A stretch of 64,000 bases of DNA from Cyanobacteriota bacterium (GTDB taxonomy: Bacteria; Cyanobacteriota; Cyanobacteriia; Cyanobacteriales; Nostocaceae): contig JBJOKS010000022.1 of assembly GCA_046045965.1 (NCBI GenBank), forward strand, positions 49,224-113,223, in the 5' to 3' direction. How positions within the stretch are numbered: position 1 is the stretch's first letter; each line of letters begins with the position of its first letter. This document shows positions 40,167-50,799 of this stretch, in pieces. The notes beneath the pieces were generated by a model. The model did not search any database. It was not told the DNA's origin and saw nothing but the letters and a program-made list of their open reading frames with translations. The translations under genes were made by a program, and so were the position numbers.

Positions 40167-40434
40167 GGTAATACCTTAGCCAGTTACCCATTCCATTATG
40201 AGTTGTGAAAACGCAAAGACCGCATTTATTTAGGTTGTATTTAGGTTTGAGTGGAGAAGATTAATTTTTGTAACAAGAAGCAAGAAAAGTAGTCAGGAGA
40301 AAGCATTCATATTATTGCTTATGTTGTGCTATCAGCATTGAGTGAGTTTAATAGCTGTTCTGTAACTTCAATAAGCTCAAGTACAGAGTTTAGAGTTATT
40401 GTAGTAGTTTTGAAACTTCATCATTCTATCATTA

Positions 40435-41694
40435 CTAAAGTTTCTTAAGTTGATTATCTGCCAATTTCAATAATCTTTGTGCCTCATTATAGGAAGTTGT
40501 TCCTGTTTTCACACTACTTAATTGATTCATAACTCTGATAATTGCAGCCTTTGTCTGATTCTTATCACCTGGTGGTGAAGCAATCAAACTTTGAATTTCT
40601 TTGTTAGCTTCATCAAGAATTTCTTTAGCTTCACTTTCAGCTTGACGGCGATTTTTAATAGTTCCCAAGTTAGTTTGATACTGTGCCATTAATTTTTTAG
40701 CTTCCACATAACTTGGTTCTTGAACTTGAATATTATTTAATTCTTGAATTGCCTTTTCCCATAACTCTGCAATTTGCTCCCATTTCTGCACAGTATGGGG
40801 TGGATTTTGGGAAGCTTGTGCTGCTGCTAAAGCATATTGTTTTGCTGCTGCAATGTAAGTGGTACTACGTGGATCAACTACAGTTTTTTGTTTCACCTGA
40901 TAAGAAGCAATTAATTTTTGTGCATCTACATATTGGGGATTTTCATTTGGCACTTTTTCCAGTCTGTAAATTGCTTGTTGCCATAATTCCGCAGCTACTT
41001 GAGAATTTGTTGGTTGAATTTTTTGAGCTTCTAAATCAAACTCTTGTGCAGCAGTAATAAAACTACTAACCCGCGCATTTTCAAAATCGCGTTTGTAAGC
41101 TATAAGTTGAGTTTGGGCTGTTTTTCCTGCTAATGTTTGTTGAGAAATTTGTTCTAATTGATCTATAGCTGCTTGCCAATTTGCGATCGCATTTTCTCTG
41201 TCTTTTGTATTTTCAGCCTGTGCATATTGCTGTTTTGCCGTCTCTAGAGAATTTTTTGCTTCATTCAACGGAACTAAAGCATTTTTGTCTTGAAAAACAA
41301 CCGCATCCAGTCGCGCTACTCTTTCTCTGGCCTGTTCAAATTCATCAAAAGTAAACTGCCAACTACAACTAAATAAACTACAATAACGCTGAGGATAATA
41401 ACCCAAAAACCAAACTGGTAAATTATCCAAGTGTTTTTTTGCCGCTTTTACCTTCTCTCCACCCAGTTCAATATCCGCACTGCTGGTAGCACGACTTACT
41501 AACTGATCCGCTTGTTCTAAAGCATCTATCGCACCTCGGTAGTGATGATCCATACTGATAAAACTAGGTAACAATAAAATTGGTGCTACCTGTGCTACAG
41601 GTTTGCGGATCATGGGATATGGTAAATTGACAACCCACACAACCCCCGCTGTACCTGCGATGAGAAAAGCCGCAAATTTGATTTTACCGAACAT
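40435..41694 (-). CDS. Hypothetical helical-repeat protein with N-terminal membrane anchor
   Basis: 419-aa ORF with repeated W..AI..L..I..Y..A.KL..YQ units. Confidence 0.75.
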   Translation of the reverse strand: MFGKIKFAAFLIAGTAGVVWVVNLPYPMIRKPVAQVAPILLLPSFISMDHHYRGAIDALEQADQLVSRATSSADIELGGEKVKAAKKHLDNLPVWFLGYYPQRYCSLFSCSWQFTFDEFEQARERVARLDAVVFQDKNALVPLNEAKNSLETAKQQYAQAENTKDRENAIANWQAAIDQLEQISQQTLAGKTAQTQLIAYKRDFENARVSSFITAAQEFDLEAQKIQPTNSQVAAELWQQAIYRLEKVPNENPQYVDAQKLIASYQVKQKTVVDPRSTTYIAAAKQYALAAAQASQNPPHTVQKWEQIAELWEKAIQELNNIQVQEPSYVEAKKLMAQYQTNLGTIKNRRQAESEAKEILDEANKEIQSLIASPPGDKNQTKAAIIRVMNQLSSVKTGTTSYNEAQRLLKLADNQLKKL

Positions 41695-41847
41695 GGTTAT
41701 ACCCTGAGTATACTAAATCTAGTATTCCCTCTTCTGACTAGAAATAATACAAACATTACCAAGAAAAATTTTTCTGTCTGCACACAACCTGTAGGCAGAG
41801 TTGCTACCATAAATAAAGGTGAGAAAATAAATCAGATAATATCTAAA

Positions 41848-42627
41848 ATGTCAACAGCTTTAATTACCGGTGCGTCAGGTGGAATTGGTAAAGCTTTTGC
41901 TGAGGAACTTGCTGCACGTAAAACAAATCTTGTTCTTGTTGCACGTTCAGTAGAGAAACTTAACGAAATAGCCACTAAATTACAACAACAACATCAAATA
42001 AAGGTCGAGGTTATTCCCAAAGACTTGACAGAAACTAATGCTACTAATGAGGTATTTGATGTCATTAAACAAAAGGAATTAACCATTGATTTGTTAATTA
42101 ATAATGCTGGTTTTGGCGACTATGGAGATTTTGCCGAACGAGACGGAGAACGGCAATTAAACATGATTCAATTAAATATTATGGCATTGGTAGATTTAAC
42201 CCACAAATTTCTCCCTTTAATGCGTCAACGTCGTTCTGGTAGCATTATTAATGTTTCTTCAATTGCCGGTTTTCAACCAATGCCTTATATTTCTATTTAT
42301 GCTGCAACTAAAGCTTTTGTTCTCAGTTTTAGTGAAGCACTTTGGGCAGAAAATAAAGATTATGGGGTGAAAGTTTTAGTCCTTTGTCCTGGTCCTACAG
42401 AAACTGACTTTTTCACTGAAGCTAAGTTTCCTGAAACTTTGGCAAAAACAAATAATCAAATAGCAACTCCTGAACAAGTTGTACAAGATGCTTTACAAGG
42501 TTTAGAAAAGGGAGATTCTACTGTAGTTAGCGGCGGTTTAGGAAATAAAATCATCGTCAATATGCACAGGTTTCTACCACGAGAATCTTTGGTAAGTGCG
42601 ATCGCAAAACAGTTTAAAAAAGGGTAA
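41848..42627 (+). CDS. SDR family oxidoreductase
   Basis: TGASGGIG, NNAG, YAATK. Confidence 0.93.
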   Translation: MSTALITGASGGIGKAFAEELAARKTNLVLVARSVEKLNEIATKLQQQHQIKVEVIPKDLTETNATNEVFDVIKQKELTIDLLINNAGFGDYGDFAERDGERQLNMIQLNIMALVDLTHKFLPLMRQRRSGSIINVSSIAGFQPMPYISIYAATKAFVLSFSEALWAENKDYGVKVLVLCPGPTETDFFTEAKFPETLAKTNNQIATPEQVVQDALQGLEKGDSTVVSGGLGNKIIVNMHRFLPRESLVSAIAKQFKKG

Positions 42628-42706
42628 TTGGTAATTGGTAATTGGTAATTGGTAATAATTCTTATCTATCACCTATTCCAATTATTTTTTCTTGGGTTAT
42701 CCAATT

Positions 42707-43006
42707 TTAACTTGTTGATATTAATGGGTTAAATATATGATTTCCAGTGGATATATCACCTGCACAGGTTAAATGCTTCGCAACTAAATCATGCAAAAAA
42801 TCTTCTCCCTGAATTTCACCACTACTAATAAATCTTTCTACTTCCACTGAACCATCAGCGAAAAATTCTACCTCCCAGCGTTCCCCAGGTACAGCAACAT
42901 TTACCATAACGGTTTCTTCTCGGTTATGGGCTAAAGTGTAACTAATTTTATCTAGTTCTAATTGATTTAAAAAGGCAATGAGTTTGTCAAATCCATTATT
43001 TTTCAT
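42707..43006 (-). CDS. Hypothetical protein, immunity-protein-like
   Basis: VMVNVAVPGERWEVEFFADGSVEVERF; ATG overlaps the TGA of an upstream uncalled ORF. Confidence 0.7.
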   Translation of the reverse strand: MKNNGFDKLIAFLNQLELDKISYTLAHNREETVMVNVAVPGERWEVEFFADGSVEVERFISSGEIQGEDFLHDLVAKHLTCAGDISTGNHIFNPLISTS

Positions 43007-43212
43007 TTGTCAAACCTCTTATCGCTCAATAGTTTACGAACTACCTTAAAACCAGGTTTATTTGCTGCTACTCCTGCTTCTATATCTTCCCAAAACATAT
43101 CACAAAATTCATCCCAAGTGGGCGAACCTTCTGGAAGTGGAGCTTGTTTAATACTAGCCTTTTTGGTTTTGAGAATATCGGCAACTTTTTGTCGAGAAAA
43201 TCTATGTATAAT
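43003..43212 (-). CDS. Uncalled 69-aa ORF resembling a polymorphic-toxin C-terminal tip; non-canonical start or pseudogene
   Basis: IIHRFSRQKVADILKTKKASIKQAPLPEGSPTWDEF..KPGFKVVRKLLSDKRFDK*; SD-like TAAGGGG then ATT/ATA; ATGA overlap with the next gene. Confidence 0.55.
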   Translation of the reverse strand: MIHRFSRQKVADILKTKKASIKQAPLPEGSPTWDEFCDMFWEDIEAGVAANKPGFKVVRKLLSDKRFDK

Positions 43213-43281
43213 TTTTACCCCTTATCCATGCTTCATAATTACTACCCAGTCCCCAGTCCCCAGTCCCCAGTTCCCTATTCC

Positions 43282-44061
43282 CTACATATATCTAGTCAAT
43301 TGCACGCGGTAACGGTCTTTTTTAGTAACAGCAATTTCCCCAACTTCTAAACGTCCTTTACCGCGAATTGCAATTAAATCTCCGGTTTTCAATTGAGAAC
43401 TAGCTTGAGTAATTTCTTTCCAATTAACGCGCACATCACCGGAGTCGATAAAATCAACCATTTTGCTGCGGGACATTCCAAAACCTGCTGATGCGATCGC
43501 ATCTAATCTTAAAGAAGCTTCTACTGTAGTTAATTCTTTCTTTTTCGGTTCTCTAATTTTTAACTCATTAATATCAATAGGTTGAGTTTTCACAGGCACA
43601 GAACGCACCTGTTTTAAACTCATTTCCAAAAATTCTGCGAGTTCAGGAACTACAATTGCTTGCGCTCCCCTTTCTCCCAAAATAATAATATCTCCCGTTT
43701 TTTCCCTGACAATTCCTGTACCCAACATCGCACCTAAAAAGTCACGGTGGGTTGCAGTATCAAACAAGAAATTACCAGCAATTTCGACAACGGTAATAGC
43801 GACTTGAGATTGATCTAATGGTAATTCAGAACGAGCGATCGCCACTCGTTGACGTTCAGCTTGAGGATATCCACCCCAGGCAACTAAATGCACATCTGTT
43901 AATCGGCTAAAAACCCGTTGAATTTCCGCCAACTCCGGCGGAGATAAAAAATCAGTTAAAACTACTTCCCAGGTCTTTATAGCTTGCTCTGCTTGGTCAA
44001 TTACACGAGCAATGCTATCACGATTTTCAACACCTTTTAAAAGTTCTTCTCTGGGTAACAT
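43282..44061 (-). CDS. Photosystem II S4 domain protein (YlmH/Sll1252-like)
   Basis: TDFLSP, GGYPQAER, HRDFLGA, SLRLDAIASAGF, RGKGR. Confidence 0.9.
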   Translation of the reverse strand: MLPREELLKGVENRDSIARVIDQAEQAIKTWEVVLTDFLSPPELAEIQRVFSRLTDVHLVAWGGYPQAERQRVAIARSELPLDQSQVAITVVEIAGNFLFDTATHRDFLGAMLGTGIVREKTGDIIILGERGAQAIVVPELAEFLEMSLKQVRSVPVKTQPIDINELKIREPKKKELTTVEASLRLDAIASAGFGMSRSKMVDFIDSGDVRVNWKEITQASSQLKTGDLIAIRGKGRLEVGEIAVTKKDRYRVQLTRYM

Positions 44062-44147
44062 TATTCCTATAGGAGTTCAGGAGTTCAGGAGTTCAGGAGT
44101 TCAGGAGGCAGGAGGCAGGAGCCAGAAGAGTTTGAATTTATTTTTCC

Positions 44148-44191
44148 CAATTACCAATTACCAATTACCAATTACCAATTAGCAATTACCA
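44148..44191. repeat. STRR (CCAATTA)n
   Basis: Tandem heptamers. Confidence 0.9.
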
Positions 44192-44195
44192 AACA

Positions 44196-44696
44196 TTAGT
44201 TTGTTTCTGCATAACCTTGGATATTTTCTGGGTCAAATTGGCGTAAGATGCGGGTAGCTTGGCGAGTCAGAGTTTCTGAACCCTGAACTACAATGATGTA
44301 TTTACCAGCGTCTAAACGGTTGCGGTAAGGTAAAGCATCTCCACCACCGGCAACTAAACCTACACCACCACCAACAAAGACGCTACCCATAGCACCGCTA
44401 CCAGCACCAAGCAAACCACCAATTACATGATTACCGATTTCTCCAGCCCAAGCAAAGGTATTTAAGCCAGTGATAAGACTGAAGGTAGCACCAGCAAAAA
44501 AGCCGAATGGTATTAACCAGAATGCCATTAATCTTGCTTGTTTTTTGGCTTCTTCTTTGGGGTCAATTAAACCAAACTCATCAGCGGTTTTGTATCCTCT
44601 ACCCAATATAGAGCTATTTATGCCTTCTTTTTCTAAGCCTAAGTAAGCAGCTTCAGCTTGGATACGATCTGATAATACGGCAACAAGGTAATTCAT
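44196..44696 (-). CDS. Hypothetical membrane protein
   Basis: 166-aa ORF with Gly-rich TM segments. Confidence 0.8.
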   Translation of the reverse strand: MNYLVAVLSDRIQAEAAYLGLEKEGINSSILGRGYKTADEFGLIDPKEEAKKQARLMAFWLIPFGFFAGATFSLITGLNTFAWAGEIGNHVIGGLLGAGSGAMGSVFVGGGVGLVAGGGDALPYRNRLDAGKYIIVVQGSETLTRQATRILRQFDPENIQGYAETN

Positions 44697-44751
44697 TAGT
44701 CTAAAAATTGTGATCTGAAAAAAATTGTTCTTAATTAACAGGGTATCAGGA

Positions 44752-44862
44752 CTGGTACCGCAGGGCGGAAGTCAAAAGTCAAAAGTCAAAAGTCAAAACA
44801 AAGACAGCATAAGCTTTTCGGAGATTTAGAATGGTTGAGTTATTTATGCCAACCTGTACTAG
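44752..44862. mobile_element. MITE-like element with internal (GTCAAAA)n
   Basis: Imperfect TIRs CTGGTACCGCAGGGCGGAAG and TTATTTATGCCAACCTGTACTAG. Confidence 0.55.
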
Positions 44863-44886
44863 TTCCACGAAATACTCAGCTAAATA

Positions 44887-45264
44887 TTATTTTAGCGAGT
44901 CCAACGGTTCACAAAAATTATTCACGCCTTGCTTGAGGACATATATTAAAACTGGGGTAGCCAAAACCTTGGGAAACTCTGGGATACTTCTCAGGTGTGA
45001 CATCATCCCAGCAACTGATCTATTTAGCAAATCATCTCGATATTCTTGTTCACATAAGACTGCACGCCATTTTCTCGCTAACGCGTCTAACCACTCAGAA
45101 TTTGTTCGTCCTGGTTCTTGTCCGGCTTTGATAGCAAGGGTCATAGCTGCATCTTCTAAGTCTCCCTCACAGTCTTCTATCAAGTCTAATACTTCCATAG
45201 CTTGAGGATCATCTGCTAATTGAGAGCGAAATTTGGCAATTTCTTGTGATGTGATTTTAGTCAT
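44887..45264 (-). CDS. Hypothetical protein
   Basis: Likely true start MTKITSQ at 45264; the longer called ORF reads through an STRR array. Confidence 0.78.
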   Translation of the reverse strand: MTKITSQEIAKFRSQLADDPQAMEVLDLIEDCEGDLEDAAMTLAIKAGQEPGRTNSEWLDALARKWRAVLCEQEYRDDLLNRSVAGMMSHLRSIPEFPKVLATPVLIYVLKQGVNNFCEPLDSLK

Positions 45265-45344
45265 TGGTAATTGGTAATTGGTAATTGGTAATTGGTAATT
45301 GGTAATTGGTAATTGGTAATTGGTAATTGGTAATTGGTAATTGG
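45263..45344. repeat. STRR (ATTGGTA) x about 11
   Basis: Tandem heptamers. Confidence 0.95.
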
Positions 45345-45500
45345 GAAAATGCAAATAATCTCCCCCTGCTCCCCCTGCTCCCCCTGCTTTCTGTCCCCAG
45401 TAAAGAGTCCCCAGTCCCCAGAGAACTGATAAAAGCCTCATTGTGCAGTTTAATTACTGGCAATGAAGCTTTTCGTGGCTTGTAAACCGTTTTTATTTGT

Positions 45501-47405
45501 TTACTTATTAAAAGCTCTGGAGGTGACAAAGCGTTGCAACTGTGTTAAAGCACGGTTGTAATCCAAAATAGCACGAATGCGATTACCTTCGGATCTTGTC
45601 AGTTCAGTTTCAGCGTTGATAACATCAGTTTGAGTACCTACACCAGCTTGGAAACGCAAACGCGCTAACCTTAGAGACTCTTTAGCTTGCTCTAGAGCCG
45701 CATTAGCAGTTTGTACGTTTTCCAAATTAGAGAGCTGGTTAGAATAAGCCTGTTCTACCTGAAAGCGGATTTGGTTACGTTGTTCAGCAAATTGAGTTTC
45801 AGCGATGGCCATATTAGTTTTAGCCTGGGCTGCTCTTGCTTTTGCTGCACCACCATCATATAAGTTTATTCTTGCTTGTACTCCCAGTGAATAACCATCG
45901 CTAACATTGACATTATCATTAAACACATCGAGCAGTTCATATTGAGCAACTAAACTAATCTGTGGACCTAAAGTAGCTAGTGCTTGTCTTCTTTGTTGTT
46001 CGCTAATATTGCGCTGTGCTAACTGCTGTTGTAGTTCAGGACGGTTTTGATAAGCTAAGACAATGCTATCTTCCAAGGTTCGCTCCCAAAGACCAGCCAG
46101 TTGTACAGGATCAGCCGCACTAATATTTACAGCATGGGGCAGATTTAACCGCAGAGCTAACTGACGACGAGCAATGATTTGCTGAGAAATAGCATTAGTT
46201 AAGTCTTGTTGAGAATTAGCTAAATTTACTTGCGATCGCAACACATCGAACCTTGTACCCACTCCAGCCCGTTCTAAAGCCAAAGCATCTCGCAAACTAG
46301 CCTGAGAGTTCTCAACTGCTGATTGAGAAATACGTACATTTTCATCCGCTTGTTGTAAAGCATAGTAATCTGTGGCCACATTCAAGCGAATTTCCTCAGA
46401 TTGTCTTTCTAATTCCAACTCTTGAACACGTACCTGTTCCTCAGCTTCTGTAATGGCCGCGTTTCGTCTCCCAGAGGTATAAAGATCATACCTGAGTTCC
46501 GCTTGACTATTGAAACTGGTATTAGATTCAGCATCAGGGGCAAGAGGATTTAACCTCTGTTGCTGTTTAGCTTGCAGTGTACTATTAGAACTACGGCTAT
46601 TTGCCAGCGCACCATTTACATCTAAAGTAGGCAGCAAAGCAGCTTGAGCTTCCTTTAAAGCAGACTGACTACGTTGCAACTGCAAAATAGACACCTGTAG
46701 TTCATTATTATTCCGCTTTGCCAGTTCTAGAGCCTGTTCTAAAGTAATGGGCTGATTTGCTTGAAGTCTCACTTCCTCTGGGGTTGTAGGAAATAGCAGA
46801 GGATTAGGACCTGGATTGAGGTGTTCAAGCTGTACTTCTGTAGAATTTGTTGGAGCAGGTGTCACAGGTTCTGAATTTTGAGCAGGTGGCTCAGAAGTAT
46901 TCGGAGTACCTGATTCAGTAGGGATATTCACCTGGGCTACCCTGTTGGTGTCCGCATTTTTTTGTGAACAGCTTTTTGAGGCTAGGAGCAAAGCAGCTGG
47001 GCTTTTATGCTGTGCCTGTAAACATTTATTTGCCTCTATTAGTTGTCCTGCTTTGACACCAGCGGTTGAAATTGGCAAAACTGTTTTCGGGCTTTTTTCT
47101 GCTGGCACATTGGTATTATTGACCGCAGTAATTTCGGTAACACTCCGATTAACCACAGGCTGAACACTGATTTGACTGAAATCAAGGGTAGGTACAAAGA
47201 CTGGAGAATTATCAACCGCAGTAATGGGCAGTTGCCTATTGCTTTCCACAACGGAGGTTTTCACATCGATTGCAGTCAAAACACTAGGAGAAGACACCAG
47301 CTTTACCTCATCAGCTTTTACGGTTCCAGCCCAAGCCGACTGAGTTGTTAATACCGCTGCTGTTACACCAGGTAAGAAACTATGAAATAATTGCTGTCCT
47401 TTCAC
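45501..47405 (-). CDS. hgdD: TolC-family outer membrane efflux protein (HgdD-like)
   Basis: OEP repeats (AGVGTRFDVL, RFQAGVGTQTDV), signal peptide, position downstream of kaiC. Confidence 0.85.
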   Translation of the reverse strand: MKGQQLFHSFLPGVTAAVLTTQSAWAGTVKADEVKLVSSPSVLTAIDVKTSVVESNRQLPITAVDNSPVFVPTLDFSQISVQPVVNRSVTEITAVNNTNVPAEKSPKTVLPISTAGVKAGQLIEANKCLQAQHKSPAALLLASKSCSQKNADTNRVAQVNIPTESGTPNTSEPPAQNSEPVTPAPTNSTEVQLEHLNPGPNPLLFPTTPEEVRLQANQPITLEQALELAKRNNNELQVSILQLQRSQSALKEAQAALLPTLDVNGALANSRSSNSTLQAKQQQRLNPLAPDAESNTSFNSQAELRYDLYTSGRRNAAITEAEEQVRVQELELERQSEEIRLNVATDYYALQQADENVRISQSAVENSQASLRDALALERAGVGTRFDVLRSQVNLANSQQDLTNAISQQIIARRQLALRLNLPHAVNISAADPVQLAGLWERTLEDSIVLAYQNRPELQQQLAQRNISEQQRRQALATLGPQISLVAQYELLDVFNDNVNVSDGYSLGVQARINLYDGGAAKARAAQAKTNMAIAETQFAEQRNQIRFQVEQAYSNQLSNLENVQTANAALEQAKESLRLARLRFQAGVGTQTDVINAETELTRSEGNRIRAILDYNRALTQLQRFVTSRAFNK

Positions 47406-47534
47406 CGCATCCCCTCACACGAAAAACCATCTAGCGGCAGAAAACTTATCTTCACACAGAAATATAGCACGATATTAAATGAAGCAAATAATATACTGCT
47501 ATACCGAATTTACCTTTTTTTAGGATTTAGCAGT

Positions 47535-49079
47535 CTATTTGTCTTCAAAACGTTTAACAATGCGAGAAAGTTCCGCCTTTTCGTCTATGCTAACGCGGGT
47601 AGGCGCTCCACTGACAATTCTTTCATAATTACGGAAGGAATCTTTAATATTCGGTCCGTCAGCCGTAATATTGTACTCCCGAATTCCTTTATCGTGCCAC
47701 GAGCCTCGCATTTTGAATACGTTGATAGCCCGGGACATTTCTCCATGAATTTCTACGTACTGTAACATGATAATTGTGTCAGTAATCGTGGAAATATGAG
47801 AATCCGTAATTGAATGTGACCCCATAAATTGGTCACTTGTATTGGTAAAGAAGCCAGTGATTTCTTCTTGTTTAGCATAACCTGTCACACCAATTACAAA
47901 CTGGCGAAAAGCATTATTGCTCACACCTCTAGCCAGTGCTGAAAGGGAGTCAATCGCAATCCGAGCTGGTTTAAAATCGGCAATTTCTGATTTAATAATT
48001 TGTAAGTGATCTTCTAAACCTGTTGATTCAGGATAGGTACAAATTATTTTTAATAAACCTTGGTGTTCTAATTCTTCAAAGTCAATTCCCCAAGAATAGG
48101 CATTACGAGACAGTTGAGCGCGGGACTCTTCATAAGCAAATAATATTGCCCGTTCACCGCTGACACAGCCATCTTGAATAAATTTGCTGACTAAGAGAGT
48201 TTTACCCGTACCTGTGGCTCCTGTGGCTAAAATAATCGAATCTTTAAAGAAACCACCACCACACATTTCATCTAGGGTAATAACTCCAGAGGATACGCGG
48301 ACATTGGAAGACCTTTGAGTTAAACGCATTGCGCCTAGTGGGAAGATATTAACTCCAGCATTAGTAATTGTGAATGGATATTCACCTTTCATGTGGGTTG
48401 TACCGCGTAATTTGAGAATTTCGATGGTGCGGCGGCGGCGTTCTCCTTCTAAAACATTGCGAACAATTACCACGTTGTCAGAAACAAATTCTTCTACGCC
48501 AAAAGAAGCTACCGGTCCATATTCTTCTCCCCGTTCTGTGGTAATGATTGTGGTGACATTTAGCTGTTTGAGACGTGCTACGAGGCGGAATATTTCTCGC
48601 CGTACTACTCCCACGGCTTCATATTGCTGGAAGACTGCTGTAATTGAGTCAATGGAAACGCGATGAGCTTTGTATTTACGGATGGCATATTGTAACCGCT
48701 CAATTAAGGCGGAAAGGTCAAAGTTACCAACAATATCTTGACCTTCAGGATCGGGGGATGCATCGAGAATAAACAGTTTTCCCTCGTCAATTAGTTTTTG
48801 TAAATTCCAGCCAAAAATATGGGCGTTTTTTATAATGTCGCTGGGTGATTCTTCAAAGGTAACAAATACTCCTGGTTCATCAAAGTAGGTGATGCCATTA
48901 TAGAGAAATTGCAGGGATAATAAGGTTTTACCTGTACCAGAAGTACCGCTGACTAAGGTTGTTCTCCCAACAGGTAAACCGCCATGACTAATATCGTCAA
49001 AGCCTTCGATCATTGTGCGAATTTTCTCTACACCAATAATGGGGGGCTTTTGTTGTTCTTGTTGCTCTTGGTCACTCAT
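47535..49079 (-). CDS. kaiC: Circadian clock protein KaiC
   Basis: Two RecA domains (GTSGTGKT, GATGTGKT) and ITDSHISTITD phosphosite motif. Confidence 0.98.
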   Translation of the reverse strand: MSDQEQQEQQKPPIIGVEKIRTMIEGFDDISHGGLPVGRTTLVSGTSGTGKTLLSLQFLYNGITYFDEPGVFVTFEESPSDIIKNAHIFGWNLQKLIDEGKLFILDASPDPEGQDIVGNFDLSALIERLQYAIRKYKAHRVSIDSITAVFQQYEAVGVVRREIFRLVARLKQLNVTTIITTERGEEYGPVASFGVEEFVSDNVVIVRNVLEGERRRRTIEILKLRGTTHMKGEYPFTITNAGVNIFPLGAMRLTQRSSNVRVSSGVITLDEMCGGGFFKDSIILATGATGTGKTLLVSKFIQDGCVSGERAILFAYEESRAQLSRNAYSWGIDFEELEHQGLLKIICTYPESTGLEDHLQIIKSEIADFKPARIAIDSLSALARGVSNNAFRQFVIGVTGYAKQEEITGFFTNTSDQFMGSHSITDSHISTITDTIIMLQYVEIHGEMSRAINVFKMRGSWHDKGIREYNITADGPNIKDSFRNYERIVSGAPTRVSIDEKAELSRIVKRFEDK

Positions 49080-49164
49080 TGCTAATGATATATGGGTGTT
49101 TAACCCGATTTTTAAAATTACTAAAGTTTTTAATCAGTTTTTATGAATTGTATGACTAAATGTT

Positions 49165-49479
49165 TTACTGTTCCCAGTCTTCTTCACTCAATTCTTCATA
49201 AAGTAAGTCTAAGCCTATTAAAACTCTTTCTCTATCTGAAAGATCACCGATAATTTTGCGAACCGGAGGCGGCAAAATTTTTGATAATGTCGGTGTGGCT
49301 AATATTTTATCTTCTTCCGCTAATTGGGGATTTTTGAGAACGTCGATGACTTTTAGAGCATATACTCCTTGAAACTCCTGTTCTAATATGTTTTTGAGTG
49401 TGCTTAATGCTCGCACGGAGTTGGGCGTGTTCCCTGCTACATAAAGCTTGAGAACATAGGTTTTTTTGGCTTTATTCAT
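49165..49479 (-). CDS. kaiB: Circadian clock protein KaiB
   Basis: [28 protein letters not shown]. Confidence 0.97.
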   Translation of the reverse strand: MNKAKKTYVLKLYVAGNTPNSVRALSTLKNILEQEFQGVYALKVIDVLKNPQLAEEDKILATPTLSKILPPPVRKIIGDLSDRERVLIGLDLLYEELSEEDWEQ

Positions 49480-49564
49480 AAATTTACAGGCTAGATATGA
49501 GAATAGGAATACAAAATATGCTCAGGCATTTATCTAAATCAATCACAAATGTCGGTTCCCATCT

Positions 49565-50161
49565 TCAGTTTATTTTAGAAATCGAACATCTATAGACTTC
49601 ACATAAATGTGCCAGTATATCTATCAATGTCAGTCTGTAATCTAGTAATGTTTCATCACTCCTTCCTTCTAATTTTAGCTGTTTGGAAAATTCGTCTATC
49701 AGTTCCATGTGAATTTCTATAATTTGTGGCACAGGAATATTAGCATAAAATAAGGCGTTGATAAATTTATCAATTGTTGTTTTCAGCGTTTTGTCTGAGC
49801 TAAAGTAGTTGATCAGAATTTGGCGGTAATCTGATTTGAGATCCTCTAATAGTTCCTGCTTTCCGGCTGGACTCATTTGTTGGAATAATTGCTGGTTTTT
49901 TGGTTCGTTACACGCCAATACAAGAATATATTGATTATTCTCCTCCAATACTTGATAGTTGTCTGCTTGTCTCCTATTGTGTAAATATTGGATTTTTGTA
50001 GGAGTTGCAACAGTCAAGGACAAACCAAAGCATGGGTAAAAAATCTCTGCAATAAAATTTCCCCACTGTCTAATTAAACCCTGTTGGTTATTCCCAGCAT
50101 CAGGATTATATAAATATTTCTTAAGAACTGGTGGACAGAAGAATAATATAGGTAATATCAT
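49565..50161 (-). CDS. kaiA: Circadian clock protein KaiA, short Nostocales form (alternative start about 49876)
   Basis: C-terminal domain YRQILINYF..IHMELIDEFSKQLKLEGRS..DYRLTLIDILAHLCEVYR; no recognisable pseudo-receiver domain. Confidence 0.9.
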   Translation of the reverse strand: MILPILFFCPPVLKKYLYNPDAGNNQQGLIRQWGNFIAEIFYPCFGLSLTVATPTKIQYLHNRRQADNYQVLEENNQYILVLACNEPKNQQLFQQMSPAGKQELLEDLKSDYRQILINYFSSDKTLKTTIDKFINALFYANIPVPQIIEIHMELIDEFSKQLKLEGRSDETLLDYRLTLIDILAHLCEVYRCSISKIN

Positions 50162-50799
50162 TTATTTTTTATATATTTAAGATGATCGCTGAAAGCATTG
50201 CTTAAATGCTGATGAAGTTTGGTAAAAGTTTTTAAGTAAAACCTGGGTCAAGAACGCCTTGTGTCAAAAAAGATTTACCAATTGCCAATCTCTAACTTGT
50301 GGTTGCCAGTGACTGGTATACCTTAGTAGGTAGTTGGTAAAGCGTTCACCGCAGAGCGTGTAGTAACTAATTTTATGATCTATATATGTATATCTATCGG
50401 AATATAGATTTTTTCATTTCACTCCTTGATAAGATACATGAACGAAGTTAAAGTATTGTCTCATTCTAAATCATTATAATTCCTCAAGGTTCTAAAACGA
50501 ATCTTTGGAGCGATAATTGTTTTAGCTGTAACTATCGATCAGGAGTTTCCATACCAGTAGGACACTGGTGGTCTGCTCGTTTACTAGAGTGGTACAGGCA
50601 AACATAGCCACTCTCTTAATTATGGGATTTCGCAATTGCCTATCAAAGCAGATTTCACGGCTTCGATAGTTTTACAGTCTCACCAAGAAAGATTGTATGC
50701 ATCTTCTTGGAGGACATGGCTTCAGGCATGAAAACCATCAGCACTTTGGCAGATGTTGAGGCCAGAGGCAACTACAGGAAGAAAGACCCCCTAAGCCTT

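Noticed and set aside
40388..40416. GTTTAGAG...TTGAAAC resembling a CRISPR repeat
   Set aside because: Single copy with no array or cas genes
43007..43350. Plus-strand ORFs 43007-43312 and 43144-43350
   Set aside because: Antisense to the better-supported minus-strand toxin-like frame and running into STRR
45257..45529. ORFs with (NYQLPIT)n, and the N-terminal extension of 44887-45441
   Set aside because: Read-through of an ATTGGTA STRR array; the likely real gene starts at 45264
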